Below, one piece after another: positions 12,815 to 27,194 of a stretch of 64,000 bases of DNA. The stretch lies in the NCBI RefSeq assembly GCF_009914755.1, contig NC_060929.1; one strand, written 5' to 3'. The notes beneath the pieces are model-generated. The model was not told the DNA's origin and ran no database searches. It was given only the letters and a program-made list of their open reading frames with translations. The stretch comes from the human T2T-CHM13v2.0 reference genome, Homo sapiens. The stretch's first letter is position 1. Every line of letters starts with the position of its first letter. Both the position numbers and the translations under genes were made by a program.

Positions 12815-14974
12815 TAAATAACTTACCAACAAATGGAATGTAAAGAGTCAAAGTCAGATTATTTCACCTTCCTCCATTTACAATTTCCCCACTGTCAATA
12901 TTAGCTCAAATATTGTATTAGAAATTATTATACCCTTTTTACAGTTTTCCAGTATCAATTAATCAATGTCTTATTGATACTTATTTTTACAGGCCTTCAA
13001 AACTGACCTCCATCCATATCCAGGCCAAGTTTATTCTTTATCCTATCACCCAAACCTTCAGTATTATTATTTCAATTTCATTATCTTCTAAAATCATGTT
13101 CAAATAGAACTTAATATTTGGTGATTTCCACTTTCTTTTGTTCAATACATGCTGATGTTTGTTCATGTCATGTATACAAAATCATCAATGGCACCCTTTC
13201 ATTCATTTTGCATCAATAAATATTTATTGCCTGAATTTTCTAATGACTGAATGAGGAGAGTGTTCTGCAATCATTTGACTTATGCTTTCAGACTCTACAC
13301 CTCCAGGTTTTGTTTCTTGAACTTCTGACAAACATTATGAATACATTAAACTCAATTGTTTTGCCTACTCTACAGCCACAATTATGCTGCATTTGAGGCT
13401 TAAGACACTGTAATTGTTTTTGGTCCCCAGTCTCATTACCTTCTCACCCTTCTCAACCTCCAAATGTATGCACCATCTGTCAACTTCTAAGTACTTTCCA
13501 ACAGACTCCAAGGCAGCATCCCAATATTCTCTTTCATCAGTCTCAGCAATTATGTTTGTCAATTTGGGAAACTGCAATAATTTTACGTCACATAAGATCA
13601 CCGGGAACTTAACAAGTAGATCAGGGAGCAAGGGCTACTAGGGTTGCCCCTCTTCCTAGTTTGTATTATTCACTTACAAAACTCAATTTAATCTGTTGTG
13701 TTTCTCACATATTTAAAATGCAGTCTTTTTAATAATCTTCTTAGCTGGCTTCAGACGCATGTTTGGTGTGAGCCAAGGCATCAGCTGCTTTTCAGAAATT
13801 AAATCATTAGTTCCATTGTTTTATTTTCATCTCATGTTTTTACCCAATTACATATTTTGCAAAGTTAATTTCACCTTATTAATGTGTTCAGTATAATCTG
13901 TGCAAATGATATGAGACTTTCACATCTCCAACAAATCCTCTCCTGATCCCTTCTTGAATCCTGGGGGTGGCAGTAGAGAAGTCACACCTCCCATCTTTTG
14001 CCCTCTGGGCACGACTTTCTTCCTCAGAAGGATATTGAACAGATTGACTGGAGGTCTTTTTATTTTCCCCTACTTCTCCTCTTAGAAAGCAGGAATATAA
14101 TTCATTCAGGCTTGGTGCTTTGTCAACTTTTAATAGCTCTAATTGCCTAATTATCTTCTCGGGTACAATTATGAAACCTCCATACTGAGCTTGTTTTCAG
14201 GGGTATGCACACTGTTATAATGCTTGAATATACAGCAGTTTGCTTCATAAACAAGGCACAAAGAATTTATAAGTGATGATAGCCATTGGAGGCCACATTG
14301 TTCCTTGTTTTGACGAAAAGTGTATGACTTGTCACAATGAGAAAATGATAGAATTGGTCAGAATTTTTATCATAGATTAGCCTCTTATTTAAGAATTTTC
14401 ATTTTTATTTTATGTGAATTTATTTGAGTTTTGGCAATGTGCCCCTTTCTTACAATATTCTGTGAATAGCCCATCTGTGAATAAATTGGTGTGAATAACC
14501 TTGCCCACACTTGAAAAAAAGTAAAAAATAGACACTACAAATTCATTATTTAACAAGCAAAGTTTAGCACATGTATTCAAATGAATACTAATTGAATTTG
14601 CCCCTTTAATTTGTATCGAACTATCATTTAAACGTTATTTTCATAGTATACTAAAGTAATTGCTATAAAAATTAGCTTATCAAAAATTACTGTGGATAAC
14701 ATCATATCTCAGGGTTACACAGCTACAGGGAACATAAGAGGTGCCTTTTGATTAGAGATTTAAAATAAAGTTCTTATTTCCTCCAATGTGTAGTTGACTA
14801 GAATGAAGTCTTAGATACCATAACAGTTACAATAATTTATTTGGTCTGGGTCTTCTTGATTATTGGTGAATTCTCAGTTTGGGTGCCATTCTTTGGATAT
14901 TCATACCCCTACAATATTGTATATTTGGTTCAATTAAACACTGTAGTGGTGCTATCTTTTAACTCTATTTTTAA

Positions 14975-15255
14975 TATTATTTTTATTGAAACATACTAGA
15001 TGTACATATTTTGGGGGTACATGTGATAATCTAATATATTCACATAATTTGTAAAGATCAAATTTATATAAGTGGGATAACCATTACCTTAAATATTTGT
15101 CTTTTTTATGCTAGAGACATTCAAATTATTCTCTTCTAGCTATTTTAAAGTATGCAATAGATTATTGTAAACTATAGTCACCCTACAGATCTATCAATAT
15201 GAGGTCTTACTTCTTATATCAAACTGTGTACTTACATTCATTAATAGCCTCTTTT
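14975..15255 (-). mobile_element. L1MA-type 3' UTR end fragment
   Basis: tgtacatattttgggggtacatgtgata...ttctcttctagctatttt...actatagtcacccta is an antisense L1MA 3' end. Confidence 0.75.
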
Positions 15256-15314
15256 TAAAACTCATTTTGACTGCCCAAAAATCCAGCAAATTTTTAAGAA
15301 ATAAAGTGACGATA

Positions 15315-15709
<395 letters not shown>

Positions 15710-15884
15710 TCAATGAAAGTCCTGTATGTAACATTAGTACTTAACATTTGTAAAAATATTAGGAATTGATAGTGATGTGAAATACCAATCTTCCATGTTA
15801 CATTTTATAATGGCTTATGTACTTTTTTCCCAAAGTGATTTACAGCTATTTGTCAATTGAATTCAGTTTTATAATTTATTCTTT

Positions 15885-16143
15885 ATAAGTGCCACAGAGG
15901 TCTGGATCCTCTTTTATACGACTCACCTTATGAGGCTGGGCTGACCCAGGATAATCTCTCTTTGATTACTTCAAAGTTGACCTATACAGAACTGAATTAC
16001 TTCTGCAAATTTCCTTCACCTTTGCCAAATTTTATTGGTCAGAAGCCAGGTTCTGTCTGCACCGAAGGGGAGGAGATTATACAGAGTTGTGGATGCCAAG
16101 GAATAGAAATCCTGAGGACAGTTTCAGAATTCTCCCAACCACA
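15885..16143 (-). mobile_element. MaLR (MLT1-type) LTR fragment
   Basis: acccaggataatctctctttgatt...aattacttctgcaaatttccttc...gaattctcccaaccaca resembles antisense MLT1. Confidence 0.55.
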
Positions 16144-16372
16144 GTGGTTTTAGAATGGATCCATTTCTCTGTTCATCTTGAGTTCTGACCTCATCCCTCA
16201 TCATTTTCCACTCACTGCATTCAACAGCAAGTAAGCCATTGAGTGCTTTCGGTAAGCAAGGAGAATGGTGTGCTCCACAAATGTAAAAATAAAAAGATCC
16301 CAATCCATACTTTAAAAGAAATCAGTTTAGTGAAGAAGAGAGGAAACAAACACTATCCTCCAAATGAAATGT

Positions 16373-18819
16373 ATCCCTAGGATGCAAGGATGGTTCAACA
16401 TATATACATCAAACAATGTGATACATCGTATCAGCAGAATGAAGGATAAAAAAAATCGTGTCAATTGCTGCTGAAAAAGCATTTGATAACATTCAACATT
16501 CATTCACGATAAGAACCCTCAAAAAACTGGAAATAGGAGGAACATATCTCAACATGATAAAAGCCATATATGACAAATCGACAGCTAGTATCATACTGAA
16601 TGGGAAAAAACAGAAAGCTTTTCCACTAAGATCTGGAACACGATAAGATTGCCCACTGTCACCACTGTAATTCAGCATAGTACTGGAAGTCCTAGCTAGG
16701 GCAATCAGAAAAGAGAAAGATATACAGTGCATCCAAATTGGAAAGGAATAAGTACAATTACCATTGTTTGCAAGTGATACAATCTTATGTTTGAAAAAAC
16801 CTGAAAACTCCACCAAAAAACTATTAAAACTGATAAATGAATTCAATAAAGTTGCAAGACACAAAATCAATGTACAAAAATCAGTAGCATTTCTACATGC
16901 CAACGTGAATAGTGTGAAAAGAAATTCAAAAGTAATCCCATTTAAAAGAGCCACACATAAAATTAAATATCTATGAATTAACTTAACCAAAGAAGTGAAA
17001 GTTCTTCATAATGAAAACTATAAAATACTGATGAAAGAAATTGAAGAGGACACCACAAAATGGAAAAATATTACATGTTCATGGATTGAAAGAATCAATA
17101 TTTTAAAAATGTTCATACTACCCAAAGCAATATACAGATTTGATGCAATCCCTATCAAAACACCAATGACATTCATCACAGAACTAGAAAAAAATCCTAA
17201 AATGTATATGGAAACACAAAATACCTAAAGCTATAGCCAAAGCTATCCCAAGCACAAAGAGCAAAACTAGAGGAATTATATTACCTTACTTCAAATTATA
17301 CTACAGAGCTATGGTAACCAAAACAGCAGGGTACTGGCATAAAAACAGACACATAAACCACAGGAACAGAATAAGGAACCCAGAAACAAATTCATACATG
17401 TACAGTGAACTAATTTTTGACAATGGTGCCAAGAGCACACATTGGGGAAAATACATTCTGTAAATGTATAATGTGTAAATGTATAAAAAAATGGTGCTGG
17501 AAAAACTGGATGTTCACATGAAAAAGAATAAAACTAGACCCCATTCCTTGCCATATACAAAAACAAAATCAAAATGGATTAAATACTTAAATCTAAAAGC
17601 TCAAACTCTGAAACAACTACAAGAAAATATTGGGGAAAATCTCCATGACATGGACGGACAACAATTTCTTAAGCAATACCCCATAAGCATAGGCAACCAA
17701 TGCAAAAATGGGCAAATGGGATCACAATACGTTAAAAGGTTTTTGCACAGCAAAGGATACAGTCAACAAAGTGAAGACACAACCCACAGAGTGAAAGAAA
17801 ATATTTGCAAACTACCCATCTGACAAGGAATTAATAGCCAGAATATATAAGGAGGTCAATTCAATGGGAAAAAATCTAATAATCCAATGAAAAAATGGGT
17901 AAACGATATGAATAGACATTTCTCAAAAGAAGAAAAACAATGGCAAATGGGCACATCACTGCTCATCAGAAAAATGCAAATCAAAACTACAATGAGATAT
18001 CATCTCTCATCCCAGTTAAAATGGCTTATATTCAAAAGACAGGCAATAACAAATGCTGACAAAGACGCGGCAAAAAGAGAATCCTCGTACACTCTTAGTG
18101 GGAATGTAAATTAGTACAAAACTATGGAGAACAAAAATTGAGCTGCCATGTGATTCAGCAACCCCACTGCTGGGTATATTCCCAAAAGAAAGGAAATCAG
18201 CATATTGAAGAGATATCTGCATGCCCACGTTTGTTGCAGCACTGTTCACAATAGCCAAGATTTGGAAGTAACCTACATGTCCATCAACAGATGAATGGAT
18301 AAAGAGAATGCGGTACCTATGCACAATGAAGTACTATTCAGCCACAGAAAAAGAATGGGATCCAGTCATTTGCAGCAACATGATTGGAACTGGAGATCAT
18401 TAATTTTAAGTGAAATAAGCCAGGCACAGAAATACAAATATCGCATGTTCTCCACTTATTTATGGGGTCTAAAAATCATGACAATTGAACTCATGGGCAT
18501 AGAGAGTAGAAGGATAGTTACCAGAGGCAGGGAAGGGTAGTAGGGGCCTGGGGAGAAGGTGAGGATAGTCAAAGGGTACAAAAAAATAGAAGGAATGAAT
18601 GAGACCTACTATTCGATAGCAGAATAGGGTGACTATTGAAAAATAACTTAGAGAGTGTAACTAGATTGTTTGTAATACAAATGAGAAATGCTTGAGGGGA
18701 TGGATACCTTATCCTCCATGATGTGCTTATTTAATATTGCATGCCTGTATCAAAATATATCATATATCCCATAAATATATATACCTACTATGTACCCATA
18801 TAAATTAAAAAAAAAAAAA
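16373..18819 (+). mobile_element. 5'-truncated L1 (L1MA1-3-like): ORF2 3' half, 3' UTR and poly-A
   Basis: ORF2 remnants [27 protein letters not shown] (FADD), [23 protein letters not shown]; L1MA 3' UTR ending tatgtacccatataaatt(a)n. Confidence 0.93.
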
Positions 18820-18884
18820 GCTTCAGAAATCTAAAACAAATGCCATCCTTCAGACTTTGATTCAAACATGGACAACCACCTGTG

Positions 18885-19095
18885 AGATAGTGAAGAGGTC
18901 AGGTTCAGGACTTAGACCCAACTGGATTTGAACCCCAGACCTGCCAGTTCCCAGCTGGCAGGGTGACCTTAAATGTGTTACTTCACCACTGTGCCTCACT
19001 TGCTTCATCTTTAACAATAGGGTAGTCATGAAGTTCAAATGACATAATGCATATAAAAATGCTGAACAGTGTCTGGTGCATAATTACTTAATAAA
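18885..19095 (+). mobile_element. MIR
   Basis: ggatttgaaccccagacctgcc...gtgaccttaaatgtgttacttcaccactgtgcctcacttgcttcatct core. Confidence 0.7.
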
Positions 19096-19107
19096 TTATA
19101 ACTATTG

Positions 19108-19294
19108 CTATGAATAACAGTTTGAAGTTTCCTCAAAAAACTAAAAATTGAGTTACCTTATGATCCAGCAATCCTACTGCTGGGTAGATGCCCCAAAGAA
19201 AGGAAATCAGTATATTGAGGAGATATCTGCACTCCTATGTTTGTTGCAGTGTTGTTTACAATAGCCAAGATTGGAGGCAACCTAAATATCTATC
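19108..19294 (+). mobile_element. Short internal L1MA fragment (end of ORF2), no 3' UTR
   Basis: Colinear with 18122-18285 (ccaaagaaaggaaatcagtatattgaggagatatctgcac). Confidence 0.85.
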
Positions 19295-21429
19295 TATGCA
19301 TGTGCTTGTGTGCACACAGACACACACACACACCAATTCTCCCTTATCCAGGCCCCAAAATAAATAGTGTGAAAAGTACGAGGAGAGAGGTGGTATTAAA
19401 CTGAACAATGCATAGATCACTTCATAAATTACACACAGCAACTGGCATATAGACAGTTGTACCTTAAGCTCCAGTAAGTAAGCAGAACGAGGGACAGAGC
19501 CTGGACTAAAAATACCTATCTTTACTAGTAGATAGATTACATAAGGAAAAAGATTTTAGTTTCCTTATTAGCTATCTTATTCCGAGTGAGAAAGAACTGC
19601 CAATTAGAGATGTCTATAAATGGAAAGGCACATATTGAGAAGCAGTAAATCTGATTTCTTTAAATTAGTCATAGGGCTAAATCTCCATTCCTTAGAAATG
19701 ATAAACAAAGGGATTTCTTAAAGGAGATGCTGTCTCAATTTGCTACACATAAAGTCCTTTCCTACACACGTTGTGAAGTCTTTCCTGTGAATTTTATATT
19801 GTAAAATATTCTACTCTAATATTTTTACTATAATGTAACATTAAAATTATATTTTATTTGAATATTCCTCTAAATTTAATATAAAATCTTATTTTTCTGC
19901 CTGTGCAAATGAACCTACAAATACTCAAAGGGCGCACATTTCCAAAAATGATAAAACAGAGGAGCCAGAATAAAGAATCCTGGAGTAGGAAGGGGTTCCT
20001 GAAGGAATCTCTGAAAACTCTATAGTCCTTTAGATGACATTATGTTTCTTACCTTACTCTACAATGCCTTGGTACTTCTTCAGGAAATTTTCCATTTAAT
20101 AGATACATACTTAATTTTAAATAAACTAAATGAAGAATAATTTTGGAAATAGGTAAATATTTTTACCCACAACAACTAGAAATATACATAAATACTTATT
20201 TAATATAATCAGCTAGCCAATTTAGCAAATATTCTACCTTGTCATTATCAGTGCCTTCCTGATTCACAAGACTCTTAATATCAAAAAAATGAATGTCCAT
20301 GCCTAGTCTTCATTTTTAGGTCATGATTTGAGGGGAAATACTGCATAGAGTGGGATCCTACAACTGCCCCCTCAAACATTAATGAGTTAAACATTTACTA
20401 AATATGGAACAGAACTCTTAGCACCCCTTGCTTTAATTTATTTTTTTTCAATATCATGCTGCTTGTAATTTTGAATAACTGCTTTTACCTGCTGTGAGGA
20501 ACAATAACCACTGAGCATTGTGTTTTTGCTCAAATCCTATTTGTTGTTATGGAAACAGCATATCTATTAAGTTTCCTACTGCAGAACTGCTGTAGAAAAT
20601 GTTACTTAAAATGTTCACCAGCAAAGGAAAAGGGGGGAAAGTGAATTCAAACAATACCTGACTATTTCTCTTATATGACATGAAGATGTTTGAAATATAA
20701 AATGTTAATAATGATGACTGGGCAACTTCATTATACCAAATCAATACATTGAAATACGAAAGAGACTATTGTGCGCGTATGTAAATTAAAAGAAAAAGAA
20801 GTGTGGGTTATTCAATTTTGTAGGGTTCAAAATGGTTTTGAGTTTATACAATAAGAGGTTTCTTTGATTTGATGGTTTCATGAGAGGTGAAACACGGGGT
20901 TTACCTAGGTAGAATGCTGGATTAAATTGTCCATTATTCCATGGAGTGCTTTTCTCTCACAAATGCATTTGTATTCAAGCAACACAATTTCATGTCCTTC
21001 ACCTGTTTTAACATGTGACCACAGATGTCTTAATTTACCTATATAATTATACATTTTAGGATAATGTCTATGACTGTGCGTAAGACATTTATATTTATAT
21101 ACATTTATATTTATAATCCAATGGACTTCACTGGCTATACTTGGTATTTCATCCTTGTTTAATGTATTTAAAGAGAAATATAAACATAAAATAAAAGTCC
21201 AATTCCTATCACATGAAACTTCTATTCCCCTATCCCTTGTTTCTGTGGAGAAACGCTAAGAATGGAACATGTTTACCCAACGTAATTGAGTGTCAATATC
21301 ACTCAATTATTTCTAACAGTGAATGTACAGAAAGTTCTGTGGGTTCAAGTTGTATTAATGTTATGTATCTGCATTGGTAAAATGGAAGCCACCAATCCTC
21401 TATTATTTATTCTAAAATTTCTGTAGCAA

Positions 21430-21605
21430 AAAATGTGCCAAGTCCTTCATGGACATCATTTTATTTAAGCCTCTTGTAACCCCTGTGAGGTTGGTAAACT
21501 GGATATTGTCCCCATTTTATAGATGAAGAAACAAATGCCAAAAAGAATTAACCTCCTTAAAGTCAAAAGCTGGGAAGTGACAGTTGAAATTTTATCTGAG
21601 GTCTT
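21430..21605 (-). mobile_element. MIR
   Basis: aacccctgtgagg...ccccattttatagatgaagaaac antisense MIR core. Confidence 0.65.
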
Positions 21606-21704
21606 TGTTTCTTTAAAAACCATTCCCTAAGTACCTTTAAGACCAATTTCTACACAAAAGACAGTCAGTCATGTAAGCCTAACTTTTCTACCAAACTTAT
21701 TATA

Positions 21705-21731
21705 GGGGAATGGGGTGGGGTGGGGGAGGGG
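21705..21731 (+). other. G-quadruplex-forming motif
   Basis: GGGG aat GGGG t GGGG t GGGGG a GGGG. Confidence 0.7.
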
Positions 21732-22789
21732 TGGAAAGAAACTGATTATTTCAGAAAACGGTTTTAATCTTTACTGTATTTGTCATGTATGTTGTTATTT
21801 TTATATGTATGAAAGGAACAGAACTAGACTGATCTACTAACATTGACTTAATTGTAACAATGAAGAGATATTAAAATACTGAACAGAATTAAATAAATAA
21901 AATTTCCACCTTCCTTTTTAAAAAACTAAATGATAGTCACTCTTCTCTAGGTTTGTGTGTAAATGTACAGGTGTGTATAGATGTATGTATGTGTATGTGC
22001 AAATATTGTTTAAAAAGGAACTAGGCTTAGAAAAAAAATTTTTTAAAGCAGAAACAAGGAAAGGTTGGATTTCTAAATATCACAGATACGTGGATTATAT
22101 ATTATAGTTCTTGATTTGAATAGCAGCTTGAGACTGAAATACTATTATGAGCTATGCCACATAATCTTGAATGTAAACAATAAAATCCTGATTCAAATTT
22201 TAGTTATCAACCCTTCAAAATATTTTATAGGATATTTTATCTCAGATTTTTGATAACATAATTATCAAAAATAGTTGATAGTATTTTAGTTGTATAGTAC
22301 TTTAAATAGAGCATTTGTAAGTCCTGTTAAATTTTTATTCTCAAGTGCACTGAATATGTTTGACCTCTATAAAAAGCCAACTTGTTTGAAGTGATAATTT
22401 TGACTTTGGTCTCATAAAAATTATGGCCATCTCTCCATATGAAAAATACAAATTCCTCCAAAATAACTCCCCAAACTATAATTTTTATGATTGCTGAAAA
22501 AAGTAACCCTAAATAATATGCAAAACAAAAAAATCCCTGCTGAGTAAATATGCTGAAACCATAGTCCAGAATAAAACTATGTATGATTTCTTACACACTC
22601 ATAACATTTATAGAAGGAGGAAACAGAGAACATCAGTACCAAATGGAAGGGGTATAAAAACAGGGAAAGAAAATTGGAACTCTTTTTTTGTTCTTACTGT
22701 TCACAGTTACTGCTAAAATCTTTAGAAAACTGATCACAACCTTTTTAAAAAATTTGAACAGCAACAAAAATAATAATAGGTGAAGTGAA

Positions 22790-23130
22790 TGCCACGATGC
22801 GGCCCCTTCCTACCTCCCACTCCCACCAGATTCCTCTTCACACCTAAAGGAGCTATTTATTTGGCTCCTGGGAGTTCTGTTGGATGACCATCTTGCAGCA
22901 CTCTGTCCTGGCCAGAAGAGAATTGCCTACCATAAGGTTGTGTCCCCTTTCCGGGGAAGCCTAAGCCTAATAACAAATCAATGAGAAAGTAAAAAGGCAT
23001 AACCCCCTCGTTGCAATGCAAGACAACTGTAAAAATTCATCTTCGCTTTGTAGTTCCCTGTAGCCAATTGAGACCATTACAGTCTAATTTCTCCTGCAAT
23101 CTCACTCCCAAGAAATCTAACTTGCAATGC
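22790..23130. mobile_element. Old LTR-like fragment (possibly LTR16/ERVL)
   Basis: GC-richer tract with only a general resemblance to LTR16; weak. Confidence 0.3.
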
Positions 23131-23202
23131 CACATAACATGGATTCAGTCTACAATGAATACTAGTTATTTTTCTAAGTGTTTTACCTGGTTCATATTTC
23201 TT

Positions 23203-23207
23203 TTTTC

Positions 23208-23240
<33 letters not shown>

Positions 23241-23530
23241 TTTTTTGAGACAGCGTTTTGTTCTTGTTGCCCAGGCTGGAGTGCAGGCTGGTGTGATCTT
23301 GGTTCACTGCAACCTCCGCCTCCTGGGTTCCAGTGATTCTCCTGCCTCAGCCTCCTGAGCAACTAGGATTACAGGCACGTGCCACAACACCCGGCTCATT
23401 TTGTATTTTCAGTAGAGATGGGTTTTCGCCATGTCGGTCAGGCTGATCTCAAACTCCTGACCTCAGGTGATCCACCCGCCTCGACCTCCCAAAGTGCTAG
23501 GATTACAGGCGCGAGCCATCATGCCTCGCC
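23203..23530 (-). mobile_element. Alu (AluS) inserted into a MIR
   Basis: Poly-T, Alu body, TSD tcatatttctt (23192-23202 / 23531-23541); MIR-like sequence continues to about 23690. Confidence 0.95.
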
Positions 23531-25274
23531 TCATATTTCTTCTCCACACAATTGTCATCTGATTTTCCAGATGAGAAAAATAAAGCATAGGGAGGATAAA
23601 TAACTAGCCTAAGATCAGGATGCTTGTAAATCCAATACGTAGTTTTAGTACTCAAAAGTATGATTTCAGAGTGTGTGTTCTTAAACATGAGGCCATGCCA
23701 AATACTAGCCTGTAAAGTTTATTATACACTACAAATTTCAATTTCATTTTTATTCACTAAATATGTATACTGAATTATAAATGGTAAGAGGTGGCCATAT
23801 ATCAAGTGTGAATTATGTAACAAAGCAAATATTAAGTGCATGAAAGTATTTAATGTTTCTTTAAAAATAAATAATTTCATTAAGAGAACACATTTAAACA
23901 AAAATAACACTTTCAATATAATCAAATACCAATAAGACTAATAAAATTGGATGAAGATTGTAAAATTCTTGAGGAGATCTTCTTGGAATAGAATAGAATT
24001 GATAAAGACTTCAAAGTATCAGTAGAATTCAAACAGCAGAGAAGGTGAGAGGAACTTTTGATGTGAGAAAGTGTGGGCAAATCGAATCCAATGTTAAGGG
24101 ACTTGGATTATACACACAATGCTGGCTTTCAAGGTTATGTTAAGAAGGACAGTGAAGGTACACTCACATGTACACACACACATATACATACATATACATA
24201 CACACACACCAGAAATAATGACAAACATATTGTCAACTAAAATAAAAGCACATTAATTTCACATTATCATCTGCATGGAGGAAAATATGTGGCCAAATAT
24301 GCTACAGCACATTATAGCAATACTGAGGTTGTTACAGAAAGAACCTGGATATAGCAAATATTTAGAGATGCCTTGTTATATTTTTCTTTTCCATTTTTTA
24401 TAATGAATTATGTACCCAGAAAATGTAAGAGGAAAAATACGTGTCCTTAAACATCCTTTATGGTTTAATATTTAACATTTTTGAATACTTAGTATTAACC
24501 TTTTTTGTGTATTAATAAGAGAGTAACAATTTACAAATATTCTATCATATAAATTGTATTTGATATATAATATATGGTACTTTTATATAATTTCATGTTC
24601 TAAATTGTAAATTTCAATTTAATACCATTATATACTTGTAAATATATCTTTTTTCTCCTAAAGACACATTTTGAAACTTTTTTCAGTTTCGATATGAGTA
24701 AACATCAGTAAGTTAGAAAAACACATCTTAATTTTTTCCCCAGAGAAGTACTTTCTTGTGATATTTAATATAGGGTAAATAACATTAGAAAAGGATTTTT
24801 GTGAATTGGTGTCCTATAAACACAATTTGGGGCATTCGGTGTTAACTAATATTTGATATCTGGTAAGCTTGTTTTAAAAAAATGTATAAATATTTTGTTG
24901 TGTGTGTTTTGGAAGGAGGTAGTTGAAGAGTTGAAACGCTACTTCGCTCATCACTGGGCTAGGTTAGATGCAAACACTAGCATCCCACATCACACACACA
25001 TACATAAAAAGAGGCTCTAGTTTAGGGTAGAATCAGAAATTTGTTCTGATTTTTTTTTCATTGATTCATAGTTTTTATGGTTCTAGGCTTAGTTTTTACT
25101 GAGTTGCAATTAATATCATATAAGATTTTACATGGAGAAAATCAAATCACTATTCTGTTTCCTTTTCTGCTGAAGCAATCAAGATTTAACAGCTTCTGGA
25201 TGAAATTCAAGTCACACTAACATTTAAAATGCAATATGCCCATTCTTGACCCAAACTGCTTGTATAATTTTTTT

Positions 25275-25433
25275 ACAACGCATCAGTAACCCCTCTCTGG
25301 AACTTGTTACAAATGCCCTATCCTGGGCCTCACCTCACTAATACCAGCTGAATCAGCATAGAGAGAAAGCCTAAGACTCTGTATTGTAATCAGCTATGCA
25401 AAGAAGCCTTTTGGTCCACTGAAGTTTGAGAAT
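25275..25433. mobile_element. MER5A-like hAT fragment
   Basis: ggaacttgttacaaatgc...ctgggcctcacc...ctgaatcag...cactgaagtttgagaa. Confidence 0.55.
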
Positions 25434-26939
25434 AGGCTAATTTGTGAACCCAATTAAGTATTCTGGAAGGAAACAAATGCAGTTTAAAAAAAAATGTTAG
25501 GTTGGGGGTTAGAGTGGTATTGGACAGGAAGAATAGTTGTTCCTACCGGGCTTGTTTCCAAATTCATGGCATCCTTAGACTATAAGAGAGCCAAATAAAG
25601 TATGTAGTCAAAACGAGGTGTCTTTTTTTATGTTTGCTACACCCTCCGTCTGATTTCCTGTTCTGTCATGGCTGCCAATAGTGAAGTAGAACAGCTGAGT
25701 TGACAATATGACAGGAGCACGTGCTAACAGTTTGTTAGTTCCCGCAGCAGTAATTATGATAGATTGTGTTTTTAGCTATCATTATTGCTTTATTACACCC
25801 CTATCTTTTTTCTGCCTCCTCTTTTTCCTGTTTTTACTTTGTAGTGACTTTTCAAATATCTGTGTGTAGGGGGAGGAAGAAGCAGAGACAAAAGGAAGTA
25901 GATTTAACACGGAGGATGCAATCCAAATGCATGTCCTCAGGTTCCATGCAGGCTTTTAAGCTTCACTTATAAGTATTTAATTTGAGTGTCAAGGACATAA
26001 TCCCATATTTATTAACAAATCCACACATCTTTTACTCCATTTCTGTAGACCCGAAAAAAATTAATTGGATTAAATTAACTAATGTAATAACCCCTGTTGT
26101 TCTAGGGAAAGTCTAAGACCTTTTATTTAAATCATCTATAGTGGCCTCAAATCTGCCCTTCAAAATGAGCCTTTTTCTTTCTCAAGTCTGGATGCCAGCC
26201 ATGGGTGCAATATAAGCTAATGCCAAGAGAGATCGTTTAAGTGCGGTTATTAAGGAGACTATGATTGATGGAGTTTGTAGCTGGTAATGTGATTCCCCTT
26301 TGGCTGCTCAGTGAACATCGGCAACAGATCAATATCTCATCTGCACGAGATTACAGCCAGTTTTGACAATAGCAGTGAGAAGAGGTTAAGAAAAAAAGAC
26401 CAACATATTTGGTCGAGAATTATGACGGCTATTCTAGCTTAAAAGGTAATGTAAATAAATAAGTCTTTTCTTAGGAAAAAATGATCTGATAAGAATGTTT
26501 GTGGTTGTAGTTTTTGTTCAGCATTGATCGGATGGGTATAGTTTAACCCCTCTTTTGTTCATTTTGTTATGTTTTAAACAAGATAAATCTTTAACATGAG
26601 CTTGCAGAAGCATGACTGTATCTACATACTAAAATAAATCATAGCAAGTTTGACAAAAAATTTAATATTTTCCATCTAGAGTGATCTAGTGTTTAAATCA
26701 AGTAGAAACCTTGAAGGCATGTCAAGACTGTGGAAATTGTGATTATAAACCTGCATAATTCCATCTTCCCCATCACTAGTGCTTTCGTCTCCTCCTTTAC
26801 TGTCTGAACCTTGTATCCACAGCACAATAGCATATACTTTCCCAATGAGAGGTTAGATTCTGCGGTAAGTAGTCTATTCCTTGACTCTACTCTGGACCCT
26901 TCCTAAAGGTAGAGCAAGACTTGAATGTTTATCCTTACA

Positions 26940-27194
26940 GGCTGGGCACGGTGGCTCACGCCTGTGATGCCAGCACTTTGGGAGGCCGAGGCAGGAGGAT
27001 CACGAGGCCAGGAAATCGAGACCATCCTGGTCAACACGGTGAGACCCCATCTCTACTAAAAATACAAAAATTAGCCGGGCACCGTGGTGAGCGCCTGTAA
27101 TCCCAGCTATTCAAGAGGCTGAGGCAGGAGAATCGCTTGAACCTGGGAGGCAGAGGTTGCAGTTAGCGGAGATTGTGCCACTGCACTCCAGCCT
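26940..27194 (+). mobile_element. Alu (AluSc-like), 3'-truncated with no poly-A
   Basis: Alu body stops at cactgcactccagcct and runs directly into unique sequence. Confidence 0.92.

Noticed and set aside
16458-18540. ORFs resembling a reverse transcriptase
   Set aside because: Fragments of a dead 5'-truncated L1 ORF2 with many stops, not a novel RT system
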